A stretch of 64,000 nucleotides of DNA from a bacterium (lineage in GTDB: Bacteria; Patescibacteriota; Minisyncoccia; UBA6257; GWB1-50-10). Location: NCBI GenBank assembly GCA_021814165.1, contig JAKAIX010000001.1, positions 77,623 to 141,622 of the forward strand, in the 5' to 3' direction. Position 1 is the stretch's first letter. Every line of letters starts with the position of its first letter. Under the pieces are notes generated by a model, which did no database searches, was not told where the DNA came from, and was given only the letters and a program-made list of their open reading frames with translations. The position numbers and the translations under genes are program-made. Of this stretch, positions 18,038 through 27,458 are shown piece after piece.

Positions 18038-19837
18038 ATGAGCGCCCCCTCAAAGAGAACCTGTCAGGCATGCCAAAAGGAGTTTGCTGTCGAATCCGAC
18101 GATATTACGTTCTACGAAAAAATGCGAATTCCCGCGCCTACATGGTGCCCGGAATGCAGAACAGTACGAAGGATGAGCTGGCGTAACGAGCGCTCGTGGT
18201 ATCGGCGCACGTGTGATGCAACCGGAAAGCCGGTCCTGTCCATGTTCCGGCAAGAAAGCGGTTATAAGGTATACGAGCAGAATTATTGGCGATCTGACGC
18301 GTGGGACCCACTCGAATATGGCAAGGATGTCGACGTGACGCGGCCTTTTTTGACGCAGTTTGGAGAGTTATTAAAAGCGGTTCCGGAACCGAATTTAATT
18401 CAGAAAAATCTCGTAAACAGCGAGTATTCGAATATCGCCCTCAACTTGAAAAATTGTTATAACTGCATCGGCATCGACGGAGGAGAAGATTCGGCGTATT
18501 GCTTTAGCGGTATTCTCGACATACAACATAGTTTTGACATCTACCAAGCCACCAGTACCGAATACTCGTACGAACTGATCGATTGCGTAAAATCCAACAG
18601 CGTGCGTTTTGCGCAAAGCTGCGAGGGATGTGTCGACTCGTGGTTCCTTTATGATTGCAGAAATTGCACGAATTGCATCGCATGCGTCGGCCTCCGAAGC
18701 AGGCAGTATTGCATCCTAAACCGCGAGTACCAGAAAGAGGAGTATGAGAAAGAACTCGTAAAACTCGATCTCGGCAGCTATCGAAAGTTGCAGGAACTTA
18801 ATGCAAAATTTGAAGAACTCAAACTCCGCGTGCCGCGCAAATTTGCGACCATTATAAAATCGGAGAATGTTATCGGCGACAATATCCGAAACAGTCGTGA
18901 CGCACGTGGCTTCGATATACGTGATAACGCGGAGCATGTTCGCTATTCTTATCGCGTGCACCATAACTGCTCCGATATCTGGGATGCGATAGTCGCCTGG
19001 AACGGAGCGGAAGAAGAATGCGAAGCGATGAGTTGCTCGGGAAAACGAATCGTATACTCCGCATTGATTTGGGGTGGATTCGATGTCCAATACTCGTATA
19101 ATTGCTTCGACTGCAATAACATATTCGCGTGCGTCGGTCTTCGGAGCAAATCGTATTGCATTCTGAACAGGCAGTACTCGAAAGAAGAATATGAGACGCT
19201 TCTCCCGAAGATTATCGAGCACATGAACATGATGCCTTACGCCGACAAGCAGGGGAGAACATTCGGATACGGTGAATTCTTTCCTCCGGAGCTCTCTCCG
19301 TTTGCTTACAACGAAACGATCGCTCAAGAGTATTTCCCTCTTTCAAAAGAAGAAGTGGAACGCAAAGGATATCAATGGAAAAATCCCGAAATACGAAATT
19401 ATCAAATGCAAATCAAGAATGATCAGTTACCCGATCACATAAGGGATGTTCCGGATGCGATAGCGAGTCAAACCGTCGAATGCGGACATAAAGGGATATG
19501 CATTCACGGATGTACTACCGCTTTCAAAATAATTCCCGAAGAACTCGGGTTCTACAAAAAGACGGGGATTCCCTTACCTCGTCTCTGCCCAAACTGCAGA
19601 CATTGCGAACGCCTCCTAAAAAGCAACCCCTTGAGATTATGGCACAGGAAATGCCAGTGTGGAGGAATGGAATCAGGAATTAGGAATCAGGAATTAGGGA
19701 AAACGCCGAATTATCGGAATACTGCCACCCACTTCCACGGCGATAAACCGTGCCCGAATGAGTTCGAAACAAGCTACGCCCCCGAGCGGGCAGAAATTGT
19801 CTACTGCGAATCATGTTATCAATCGGAAGTGCTATAA
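18038..19837 (+). CDS. Large cysteine-rich multi-zinc-ribbon protein (599 aa), paralog 1
   Basis: Over 40 Cys in many CxxC pairs (CQACQ..CPECR; CRNCTNCIAC; CFDCNNIFAC; CPNCRHC; CESC). No recognised catalytic motif. Paralog at 31120. Confidence 0.7.
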   Translation: MSAPSKRTCQACQKEFAVESDDITFYEKMRIPAPTWCPECRTVRRMSWRNERSWYRRTCDATGKPVLSMFRQESGYKVYEQNYWRSDAWDPLEYGKDVDVTRPFLTQFGELLKAVPEPNLIQKNLVNSEYSNIALNLKNCYNCIGIDGGEDSAYCFSGILDIQHSFDIYQATSTEYSYELIDCVKSNSVRFAQSCEGCVDSWFLYDCRNCTNCIACVGLRSRQYCILNREYQKEEYEKELVKLDLGSYRKLQELNAKFEELKLRVPRKFATIIKSENVIGDNIRNSRDARGFDIRDNAEHVRYSYRVHHNCSDIWDAIVAWNGAEEECEAMSCSGKRIVYSALIWGGFDVQYSYNCFDCNNIFACVGLRSKSYCILNRQYSKEEYETLLPKIIEHMNMMPYADKQGRTFGYGEFFPPELSPFAYNETIAQEYFPLSKEEVERKGYQWKNPEIRNYQMQIKNDQLPDHIRDVPDAIASQTVECGHKGICIHGCTTAFKIIPEELGFYKKTGIPLPRLCPNCRHCERLLKSNPLRLWHRKCQCGGMESGIRNQELGKTPNYRNTATHFHGDKPCPNEFETSYAPERAEIVYCESCYQSEVL

Positions 19838-19844
19838 TAAAAGC

Positions 19845-20114
19845 ATGAACAAAAAACTCCTTATAGCAACCATAGTCGCCCTCTTACTCCTCGCCGGGGG
19901 ATACTGGTATTGGAAGAGTACTACCGCCCTCACGCCGGAGGAGCAGGCGCTCAATAAGGCGAAAGAAGCAGCGGATACGCTCACAAAAAATACCACGCAG
20001 GGAGTGATTCCATCCCTGGATGTCAATACAAATCCAGCGGGCAATCTTCCCGACACCAATCCGGTTAATAAAACCAACCCGTTTTCGGACGTTAAAACAA
20101 ATCCTTTTCGATAA
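19845..20114 (+). CDS. Hypothetical secreted/membrane-anchored small protein
   Basis: MNKKLLIATIVALLLLAGGYWYWKS signal/anchor, then TNP-containing repeats. Confidence 0.45.
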   Translation: MNKKLLIATIVALLLLAGGYWYWKSTTALTPEEQALNKAKEAADTLTKNTTQGVIPSLDVNTNPAGNLPDTNPVNKTNPFSDVKTNPFR

Positions 20115-20143
20115 AGGTCTTCTCATTTTTATTTTCAACAATC

Positions 20144-22174
20144 ATGAAACAACGATATGTAATAAGTGCGTGTCTTTTGGGAGTAAGCGTTCTTATCGGA
20201 GCGGTACTCATCGCTCATAATGTCTCGGCGCAGACGACCGCGACTTCACCGGCCGCAAGCATTCAATATCCGGTAGCGGAGCTCGGCAACTGCGCGAATG
20301 AAACCGCATGCCGCGCTTACTGCGACGACGCGGCGCACACGGATGCGTGCCTCGCGTTTGCCGAAAAACATCAACTGATGTCCCAAGACGAACTTCAAAA
20401 AGCGAAGAAATTCACGGATATAAAAAAAGGCCCCGGAGGATGTACCACAAAAGAATCATGCAAGAATTACTGCGACGACATTTCTCACATCAACGAATGC
20501 GTGGCATTTGCCGAACAGAACGGAATGATGTCGGGAAATGAACTTGCGGAAGCGAAAAAAGTACAGGCGGCGATCGCAAAGGGGGTGAAACCGCCCGCAT
20601 GCAGCGGCAAGGACAAATGCGACGCGTATTGCAGTGATCCTTCCCATATGGAAGAGTGCGTTGCATTCGGAAAAGCGGCGGGACTTATGAGCGATCAGGA
20701 AATTCAGGATTCGGAGAAAGTGCTTGCGGCCATCAAACAAGGAGTGAAGCCGCCCGCATGCCGCGGAAAAGAGGAATGCGATAGCTACTGCAGGGATGCG
20801 GCACACATGGAGGAGTGTATGACGTTTGCGAAGGCCGCGGGATTCATGAGCGCGGAAGAAGCCGCGCAATCGGAAAAGATGCTCCAGGCAATAAAAAAAG
20901 GAGTAAAGCCCCCGGCATGTAACGGCAAGGAAGAGTGCGATAAATACTGCAGCGAGGAGAGTCATATTGAGGAGTGTATTGCATTCTCGGAGGCTGCCGG
21001 CTTTATGACCCCCGAAGAGGCGACTATGGCGCGGAAAACGGGCGGAAAAGGCCCCGGAGGATGTACGAGTAAAGAAGAGTGCGAGGCGTTTTGCAATAAT
21101 CCGGCAAATCAGGAAACGTGCTTCAATTTCGGAAAAGAACACGGGATGATTCCCGCGGAGGATCTTCGGAGAATGGAAGAGGGAAAACAACAGCTTACTC
21201 AGACATTAAACCAAGCGCCTCCCGAAGTGATAACCTGCATCTCAAACGCGGTGGGAAACGATACTCTTGAAAAAATCAAAAGTGGCGCCGTGATGCCGTC
21301 CCAAGATCTGGGAGACAAGATGGGTAAATGCTTTCAACAAATAATGAGTAAGGGCACCGGCGGTCCGGGAGAGGGCGGTTTTGTTCCTCCTCAAGGACAA
21401 GCAGGCCCCGGAGGATGCAAATCCGAGGAAGAATGCAAATCCTACTGTACTTCGCATCCCGATGAGTGTAAAAACTTCGGACCGGCGCGAGAGCGCCAGG
21501 ATCAGGGAGCTCCCGGAAATTCAGAGGGCGTGCCGGGAGGAATGATGATACCGCCGGGCCAAAGCGGTCCCGGAGGTTGTAAGAATGCCGAGGAGTGCCG
21601 ATCATTCTGCGAATCGAATCCGGATGCATGCGCGAACTTTAAACCGGGAAACGGACCGCAAATCAGAACGGAGCAAAGACAGGAGATGATGACGCGAGAC
21701 GGATCCGAAGAAGGTAAAAGCGGACAAAAAGAGGTGAGGAATCGGATTGAGATGATGCCGGGAGTACCGCAAGGCATGATTCCAGGCGACGGAAAGACGA
21801 TACAAGAATTTTTTGGAAACATGCCGATCAACACCTTGAATCCCGTGTGTCCGCCCGGAGCGCCGTGCGGTCCGCAAAACGCACCGGGAGGAAATCTTCA
21901 ACCGGGAACGGAGGTTCAACAAAATAACATGATGCCTCCGGGGGGACAAGGGATGCAACAACCCCTTCAGCAGTTTCAACCGCCGACAGCCCCTCCGTCT
22001 CCGGGAGGCCAAATAATGGGACCTCCTCCGGGCGGCGAAATGATGAATCAACAACCGCCAGGCAGCGGCGGACAAATGGCGCCTCCTCCTACTTCCGGAA
22101 CCCAACCGCCTGCCGGAGGAACGCTTTATCAAGCATTTCAATTTCTTCTGAACGGAATTACAGGAACGAGATAG
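20144..22174 (+). CDS. Secreted tandem-repeat cysteine-rich protein with P/G/Q/M-rich tail (676 aa)
   Basis: Signal peptide MKQRYVISACLLGVSVLIGAVLIAHNVSAQ. Seven or more ~45-aa repeats of the form C..C..YCxD..H..EC.AF...G.MS..E......LAAIK.GVKPPAC. Low-complexity C-terminus. Confidence 0.75.
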   Translation: MKQRYVISACLLGVSVLIGAVLIAHNVSAQTTATSPAASIQYPVAELGNCANETACRAYCDDAAHTDACLAFAEKHQLMSQDELQKAKKFTDIKKGPGGCTTKESCKNYCDDISHINECVAFAEQNGMMSGNELAEAKKVQAAIAKGVKPPACSGKDKCDAYCSDPSHMEECVAFGKAAGLMSDQEIQDSEKVLAAIKQGVKPPACRGKEECDSYCRDAAHMEECMTFAKAAGFMSAEEAAQSEKMLQAIKKGVKPPACNGKEECDKYCSEESHIEECIAFSEAAGFMTPEEATMARKTGGKGPGGCTSKEECEAFCNNPANQETCFNFGKEHGMIPAEDLRRMEEGKQQLTQTLNQAPPEVITCISNAVGNDTLEKIKSGAVMPSQDLGDKMGKCFQQIMSKGTGGPGEGGFVPPQGQAGPGGCKSEEECKSYCTSHPDECKNFGPARERQDQGAPGNSEGVPGGMMIPPGQSGPGGCKNAEECRSFCESNPDACANFKPGNGPQIRTEQRQEMMTRDGSEEGKSGQKEVRNRIEMMPGVPQGMIPGDGKTIQEFFGNMPINTLNPVCPPGAPCGPQNAPGGNLQPGTEVQQNNMMPPGGQGMQQPLQQFQPPTAPPSPGGQIMGPPPGGEMMNQQPPGSGGQMAPPPTSGTQPPAGGTLYQAFQFLLNGITGTR

Positions 22175-22182
22175 AAAAGAAA

Positions 22183-22209
22183 AATTATCGAGGCCGGGCC
22201 TCGATAATT
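22183..22209. repeat. Palindromic repeat family A
   Basis: aattatcgaggccgggcctcgataatt is a perfect 13-bp inverted repeat around a single G. Confidence 0.75.
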
Positions 22210-22234
22210 TTTATGTGGAGTTTATAATGGAGAT

Positions 22235-23140
22235 ATGAAGGATATCAAACCGGAATTCGTTGAAATCAAAACCAAAGATGGTCTTCTTCTGCCGGGGCTT
22301 TTATACGAACCAAAACACGCGAAAGCGGCGGTAATCTATCTCCACGGAAACGGAAGCTCTTCCGTTTTCTACAAAGGAAAAGAAAATTATCCTGTCATTA
22401 CTGCATTACATAAAAAGGGGATTGCTATTCTTTATTTTAATAACCGCGGTGCGCATATCATTAAGGGGTTGAATATAAACCGCAAAGGAAGAGCAAAGAG
22501 GAAATATTTTGGAATGGCATACGAGCAAATCAAAGAATGCGTACCGGATATCGACGGAGCGGTATCATTCCTGAAGCAACGCGGTTATAAGAAGTTCTAT
22601 CTTATGGGCGCTTCGACGGGAGCGAACAAAATCTGCATCTATAGCTTCTACAAACCGAGGAATGAGATAAGTAAATATATCCTGCTCTGCGGCGGGGACG
22701 ACACCGGTATCTACTACCGCGCACTGGGGAAGTCGAGATTCTGGAAACTTCTCGCCGAGGCGAGAAGAAAAAGAAACAAAAAAGAAGGATTGAAATTAAT
22801 AACCGACGCATACCCGACGGATCTTTTCTCATATAAAGGATTTTACGATATCGCGAATCCGGACGGGGATTATAACGTATTTCCGTTTCTTGAAGCGCTG
22901 GGAAAAGTGAAACTTTCGAAAAAACCCCTTTTCCGTCATTTCAAGTCGATAAAAAAACCGGCACTCGTCATGTACGGAGACAAAGATCAATTCTCATGGA
23001 AAAAAGACGTATACAAAGCGGTTGAACTCTTAAGAAGCTATCGGCCGGAACTTACTTACAAGGTTATTAAAGGAGCTGACCACGGATTTAAAGGCCATAC
23101 GAAAGAACTCGCGAATATCATCGCGAACTGGTTGGGATGA
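22235..23140 (+). CDS. Alpha/beta hydrolase
   Basis: Nucleophile elbow LMGASTGANK (GxSxG), ADHGF. Confidence 0.65.
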   Translation: MKDIKPEFVEIKTKDGLLLPGLLYEPKHAKAAVIYLHGNGSSSVFYKGKENYPVITALHKKGIAILYFNNRGAHIIKGLNINRKGRAKRKYFGMAYEQIKECVPDIDGAVSFLKQRGYKKFYLMGASTGANKICIYSFYKPRNEISKYILLCGGDDTGIYYRALGKSRFWKLLAEARRKRNKKEGLKLITDAYPTDLFSYKGFYDIANPDGDYNVFPFLEALGKVKLSKKPLFRHFKSIKKPALVMYGDKDQFSWKKDVYKAVELLRSYRPELTYKVIKGADHGFKGHTKELANIIANWLG

Positions 23141-23192
23141 GTTACCCACAATTCAGCCACGGCCTCGATAGATTGAACTCAGGAGTTACAAC

Positions 23193-24449
23193 TTAAAAAC
23201 GGTGTAGTTTCTTATGAAGTCCGGGAATGGAGGTTTCCTGCTCGAGGAGCCCCATCTTTCCCCGCATGGAGTAGAAAACAAGCGACAATATTCCCATAAG
23301 ACAAGCGAGAAGGAAAAATGACATCCGTGTGCCCTGGGAATCGATGAGTATTCCGATAATGAGCGGTCCTATCAGGCTTCCCATATCGTAAATGCTCCTC
23401 ATGACGCCGCTTACTCTTCCGAAATGCTCCGGCTGGGAGTATACGGTAATGAGTTCGTTATTGCCGACGGAAAGCAGTTCGATCACGATGCCGATGCAGA
23501 ATGCGGCAACCACTTTCCACCAATACGCATCGACGACGGCGAGAGAAGCGAAAAGGAAGGTAAACCCCGCGAGTCCGTAGAAAAACGTTTTCAGTCCCTT
23601 TACGTCAAACCATTTCCCGAGTATCCATCCCAAAAGATAGGGGAGTGCGAACATCACGCCGACCAGAATCGTCTTGCCGTACCCCGCCCCGTCGTTATAC
23701 ACCTCGATGGGAAGAAAGAACGCGACGACCGCGCTCGAAAACGCGATAAAAAAATTGAACATCGCGACTCCTTTGAGTTGCCAATTCCACTTTCCGATCT
23801 CATACCACGCCTCGCGGTATGCTCTCCTGAGTTTTCCCTGCACGCCCGGCTTCTCAATCGACTCCTCGTTTTTACGGAAAGACCAGACGAGCAAGAATGC
23901 GATAACTGACGTAGGGGCAATCATGAGAAGTAAAACGGGAATTGAAAAATACTTAATGAGAATCATTCCCGCAAGCGCCGCGGCAACCCACCAGAAATTC
24001 GAGATGCTGTCGAAGTAGCCGAATATCGTCGCAAGTGTTTTCGGGGAATCGTGGCGCCTGAAGTACGTTTCCCGCCCCACGGCATCGAACGCGTACGTAA
24101 GCCCGTTCAATCCTCTCGCAAACACGATGAAAAGAGCAACTCCGGTTATCCCCGCAAAGAAATAAGAAATGCCTACCAAGGGGTAGAGCGCAAGACCGAT
24201 CAGAATAAGCGAAGTAGCGCGAAAACGATCCGCCGCCATTCCTACGACCGGAAGCGCGAGAATGAATACGATGTCATATACGGATCTCAAGAGTCCGGCC
24301 TCGGCATAAGTGTTCCCGAACGAAAAAATGAAGACGGGAAGAAGGGATTCGGCAAAACCCCATCCTATCCATCGTATCGCGGTCGCATAGGTCAAAATCC
24401 GCACTCCGCGGGGTATCGGCGTATCAAACAACTTTTTGAAAATTCCCAT
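23193..24449 (-). CDS. MFS transporter
   Basis: 12-TM profile with motif A GMAADRFRATSL. Start set at MGIFKKLFD. Confidence 0.7.
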   Translation of the reverse strand: MGIFKKLFDTPIPRGVRILTYATAIRWIGWGFAESLLPVFIFSFGNTYAEAGLLRSVYDIVFILALPVVGMAADRFRATSLILIGLALYPLVGISYFFAGITGVALFIVFARGLNGLTYAFDAVGRETYFRRHDSPKTLATIFGYFDSISNFWWVAAALAGMILIKYFSIPVLLLMIAPTSVIAFLLVWSFRKNEESIEKPGVQGKLRRAYREAWYEIGKWNWQLKGVAMFNFFIAFSSAVVAFFLPIEVYNDGAGYGKTILVGVMFALPYLLGWILGKWFDVKGLKTFFYGLAGFTFLFASLAVVDAYWWKVVAAFCIGIVIELLSVGNNELITVYSQPEHFGRVSGVMRSIYDMGSLIGPLIIGILIDSQGTRMSFFLLACLMGILSLVFYSMRGKMGLLEQETSIPGLHKKLHRF

Positions 24450-24538
24450 AAACTCCAAAAGAAGGATTGACGAACAGTATACAGCAAGAACAGTGGGAAT
24501 TCTACCTACCTTCATTTTGGTATATACTTGAGAAAAAC

Positions 24539-26377
24539 ATGTGCGGCATCGTAGGCTACATCGGTAAAAGGGAAGCGGCACCCGTGCTCCTCGACGGACT
24601 GAAACGCCTTGAATATCGCGGATACGATTCGGCCGGCATCGCGATCTTGAAAGAAGGAAATATCAACGTGGCGAAGGTTGTGGGAAGAGTGAAACAACTC
24701 GCCGAATCGGAACAAATGCCCGCACTTCGGGGCACGACGGGAATAGCGCACACAAGATGGGCAACCCACGGCAAACCGAGTGAACGGAATGCGCACCCGC
24801 ACGGCGATTGCACCAGCACCATCTTCGTCGTTCATAACGGCATCATCGAGAACTACAAAGAACTAAAACACAATCTCGAGGAAGAAGGCCATGTCTTCAA
24901 ATCGGAAACCGACACGGAAGTCGTCGCGCATCTCGTGGAAAAATTTAAAAAGGAGGGAAACGATCTCGAAACCTCGGTAAAAAAATCTCTGAAGCTCGTG
25001 AAAGGCGCATATGCCATTCTCGTGATGGCGGAATCGGAACCCGCGACGCTCGTTGCCGCTCGTCTCTCGAGTCCTCTCCGGATAGGCATGGGGCCGGATG
25101 AATTCATTGTCGCTTCTGATCCCTCCGCGATACTGAACTATACGCAAGAAATTGTCACTCTGCATGACGAGGAGGTAGCGGTACTCAAAAACGGAGAATA
25201 TACCATCACCAGTTTGAACGGAGACAGAATAATCGACCGCGAGGTGGAAAAGATAGAATGGGACCTGGAGCAGGCGGAAAAAGGAGGGTTTCCTCATTTT
25301 ATGCTCAAAGAAATATTTGAGCAGCCCGAGACGATAGAAAACAGCCTGCGCGGACGCGTAATCGTGGACGAAGGACTCGCGAAGCTTGGGGGACTCGATA
25401 CCGTAAAGGACGAATTACGCGACATCGAACGACTGACGATCGTCGCGTGCGGTACGGCGTACTACGCGGGTCTTGTGGGGGAGTATATGATTGAGGAATA
25501 CGCGGGATTACCGGTCGAGACCTGTATCGCCTCGGAATTCAGATACCGAAAACCGATCCTCATACCCAAGAAAGACGCCGTGCTTGTACTAAGCCAGTCG
25601 GGCGAAACGGCGGACACGCTTGCTGCCGTTTCGGAAGCGAAGGAAAAGGGAGTGCTCTCCCTCGGAATCGTGAATGTCACGGGGAGCACGATCGCGCAGA
25701 ATACCGACGCGGGAATCTATAACCACGCGGGACCCGAGATCGGCGTCGCATCGACCAAGGTGTTCGTCTCCCAGCTTACCGTACTCTCGCTTCTCGCGCT
25801 CTTCCTCGGCAGACAACGGCACATGTCGCTCACAATGGGAAAGAGAATTGCCGAAGAGCTTTTGAAAATTCCCGATCACGTGAGGAGTATTCTCACCATG
25901 GACGATTCGATTCTTACAATCGTGAAACGCTACGTTAACTACCCCGACTTTTACTTTCTGGGACGCAAGTACAATTACCCGATAGCGCTCGAAGGGGCGC
26001 TGAAGCTTAAGGAAATTTCTTACATTCATGCCGAAGGAGGATCCTCCGGAGAATTAAAACACGGTCCGATCGCCATGATTGATCCGAACTTCCCTTCCCT
26101 GTTCATCTGTCCCAAGGACAGCGTCTACGAAAAGAATTTGAGTAATATGGAGGAAGTGAAAGCGCGACAAGGGAAAATCATCGCGATCGGAACGGAAGGG
26201 GACGGTGAACTGGGGAAAATTGCCGATGACGTCATTGTTATTCCGAAGACGCTCGAGATGCTGACACCCATTCTGAGCGTCATTCCGCTTCAGCTTTTTG
26301 CATACCATGCAGCCGTCCTCAAAGGAAAGGACGTCGACAAACCGAGAAATCTCGCGAAGAGCGTAACGGTGGAATAA
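24539..26377 (+). CDS. glmS: Glutamine--fructose-6-phosphate aminotransferase
   Basis: MCGIVGYIG N-terminal nucleophile Cys, followed by two SIS domains. Confidence 0.93.
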   Translation: MCGIVGYIGKREAAPVLLDGLKRLEYRGYDSAGIAILKEGNINVAKVVGRVKQLAESEQMPALRGTTGIAHTRWATHGKPSERNAHPHGDCTSTIFVVHNGIIENYKELKHNLEEEGHVFKSETDTEVVAHLVEKFKKEGNDLETSVKKSLKLVKGAYAILVMAESEPATLVAARLSSPLRIGMGPDEFIVASDPSAILNYTQEIVTLHDEEVAVLKNGEYTITSLNGDRIIDREVEKIEWDLEQAEKGGFPHFMLKEIFEQPETIENSLRGRVIVDEGLAKLGGLDTVKDELRDIERLTIVACGTAYYAGLVGEYMIEEYAGLPVETCIASEFRYRKPILIPKKDAVLVLSQSGETADTLAAVSEAKEKGVLSLGIVNVTGSTIAQNTDAGIYNHAGPEIGVASTKVFVSQLTVLSLLALFLGRQRHMSLTMGKRIAEELLKIPDHVRSILTMDDSILTIVKRYVNYPDFYFLGRKYNYPIALEGALKLKEISYIHAEGGSSGELKHGPIAMIDPNFPSLFICPKDSVYEKNLSNMEEVKARQGKIIAIGTEGDGELGKIADDVIVIPKTLEMLTPILSVIPLQLFAYHAAVLKGKDVDKPRNLAKSVTVE

Positions 26378-26388
26378 GCGCTCGAAAA

Positions 26389-27417
26389 TTATTTCGCCTG
26401 CGATTCCAAAAACTGCAGGGTTTTTTCGTTCCTAAGCATCTCCGTGACGTAACGGAAAAGCGTAAGCGGATCCACGTCCCGATAGCGGGAGGAAAGCACC
26501 GCCGCTTCGGCTTTAAGCTCGTCCTCGGTGGGTTCGATATGCTCCTCTTTCGCGATTGCTTCGAGAAGCATTTTCATCTTGAACTGCCGTTCGATCGCTT
26601 CACGTTGCACATTCAAAAACTCCTCCTCGGTCTTCCCGACGCGAGTGAAATAATCTTCTTTCGTGATACCGTTCTTATTGATTTCTTCGTACAATCCGTC
26701 CCGCACCGCCACAAGTTCATTCTCCACGAGGAGAGAGGGGACGGGAAACTTGGCGGCGGCGGTAAGTTCTTTCGCGAGTTCCTCCCGTTTTTTCTTTCTG
26801 AGCTCGAGCTCTTTTTCGAGCACGATGTTCTCCTTCAATTTTTTCTTGAGATCTTCAACATTTTCAAAAGCACCCAGCGATTTTACAAACTCGTCGGTAA
26901 GTTCGGGGGGCGTTCCTCCTTCCTGCCCCCGAAGGCGACGCAACTCTTCAATTACTTCCTGGACCTGTTCATCCTTAACCTCGATCGGCTCTTTCCCTTC
27001 TCCCATAACCTTCTTCGCGATCTTCTTATAGTCGGGAAGTTTGATCTCGGGCTGTACGCCTACCTGAAGCGTAAACTCAAGCGGATTTCCGAACGCGAGC
27101 TTTGTCACCTTCACGTCGGGAGGAGTGATGACCTCCAATTTGAAATCTTCGACAATCAAGGGGTACACGTGACGGAGCGCCGAGTTGGCGGCTTCCTCGA
27201 GAAGAAACGAGGCCTTCGTTCCTTTCTCGACCATCATTTCCGGCACGTGGCCTTTTCTAAACCCCGGCGCTTCGAAGTCCTTTTGAAGTTCTTTGATGAC
27301 GGCTCGTTTATGCTCGTCGAGAACTTCCGCGGTAATCGAGCCCGAGATTTCTATCACGGCGTTTTTCTCCTTGCCGACTTTCACGTCGGTATACGGTTTT
27401 CTTGCTTGTTCTTCCAT
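26389..27417 (-). CDS. tig: Trigger factor (short form, 342 aa)
   Basis: Ribosome-binding signature GFRKGHVP. The length suggests a reduced or absent PPIase domain. Confidence 0.8.
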   Translation of the reverse strand: MEEQARKPYTDVKVGKEKNAVIEISGSITAEVLDEHKRAVIKELQKDFEAPGFRKGHVPEMMVEKGTKASFLLEEAANSALRHVYPLIVEDFKLEVITPPDVKVTKLAFGNPLEFTLQVGVQPEIKLPDYKKIAKKVMGEGKEPIEVKDEQVQEVIEELRRLRGQEGGTPPELTDEFVKSLGAFENVEDLKKKLKENIVLEKELELRKKKREELAKELTAAAKFPVPSLLVENELVAVRDGLYEEINKNGITKEDYFTRVGKTEEEFLNVQREAIERQFKMKMLLEAIAKEEHIEPTEDELKAEAAVLSSRYRDVDPLTLFRYVTEMLRNEKTLQFLESQAK

Positions 27418-27458
27418 AAGTCAGGAGTACTATACTGCATTTGCTACAATAAAGAAAG

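Noticed and set aside
20456-22141. Long minus-strand ORFs (244 and 179 aa) across the tandem-repeat protein gene
   Set aside because: They are artefacts of the repetitive GC-rich coding repeats, with R/H/L-rich translations.
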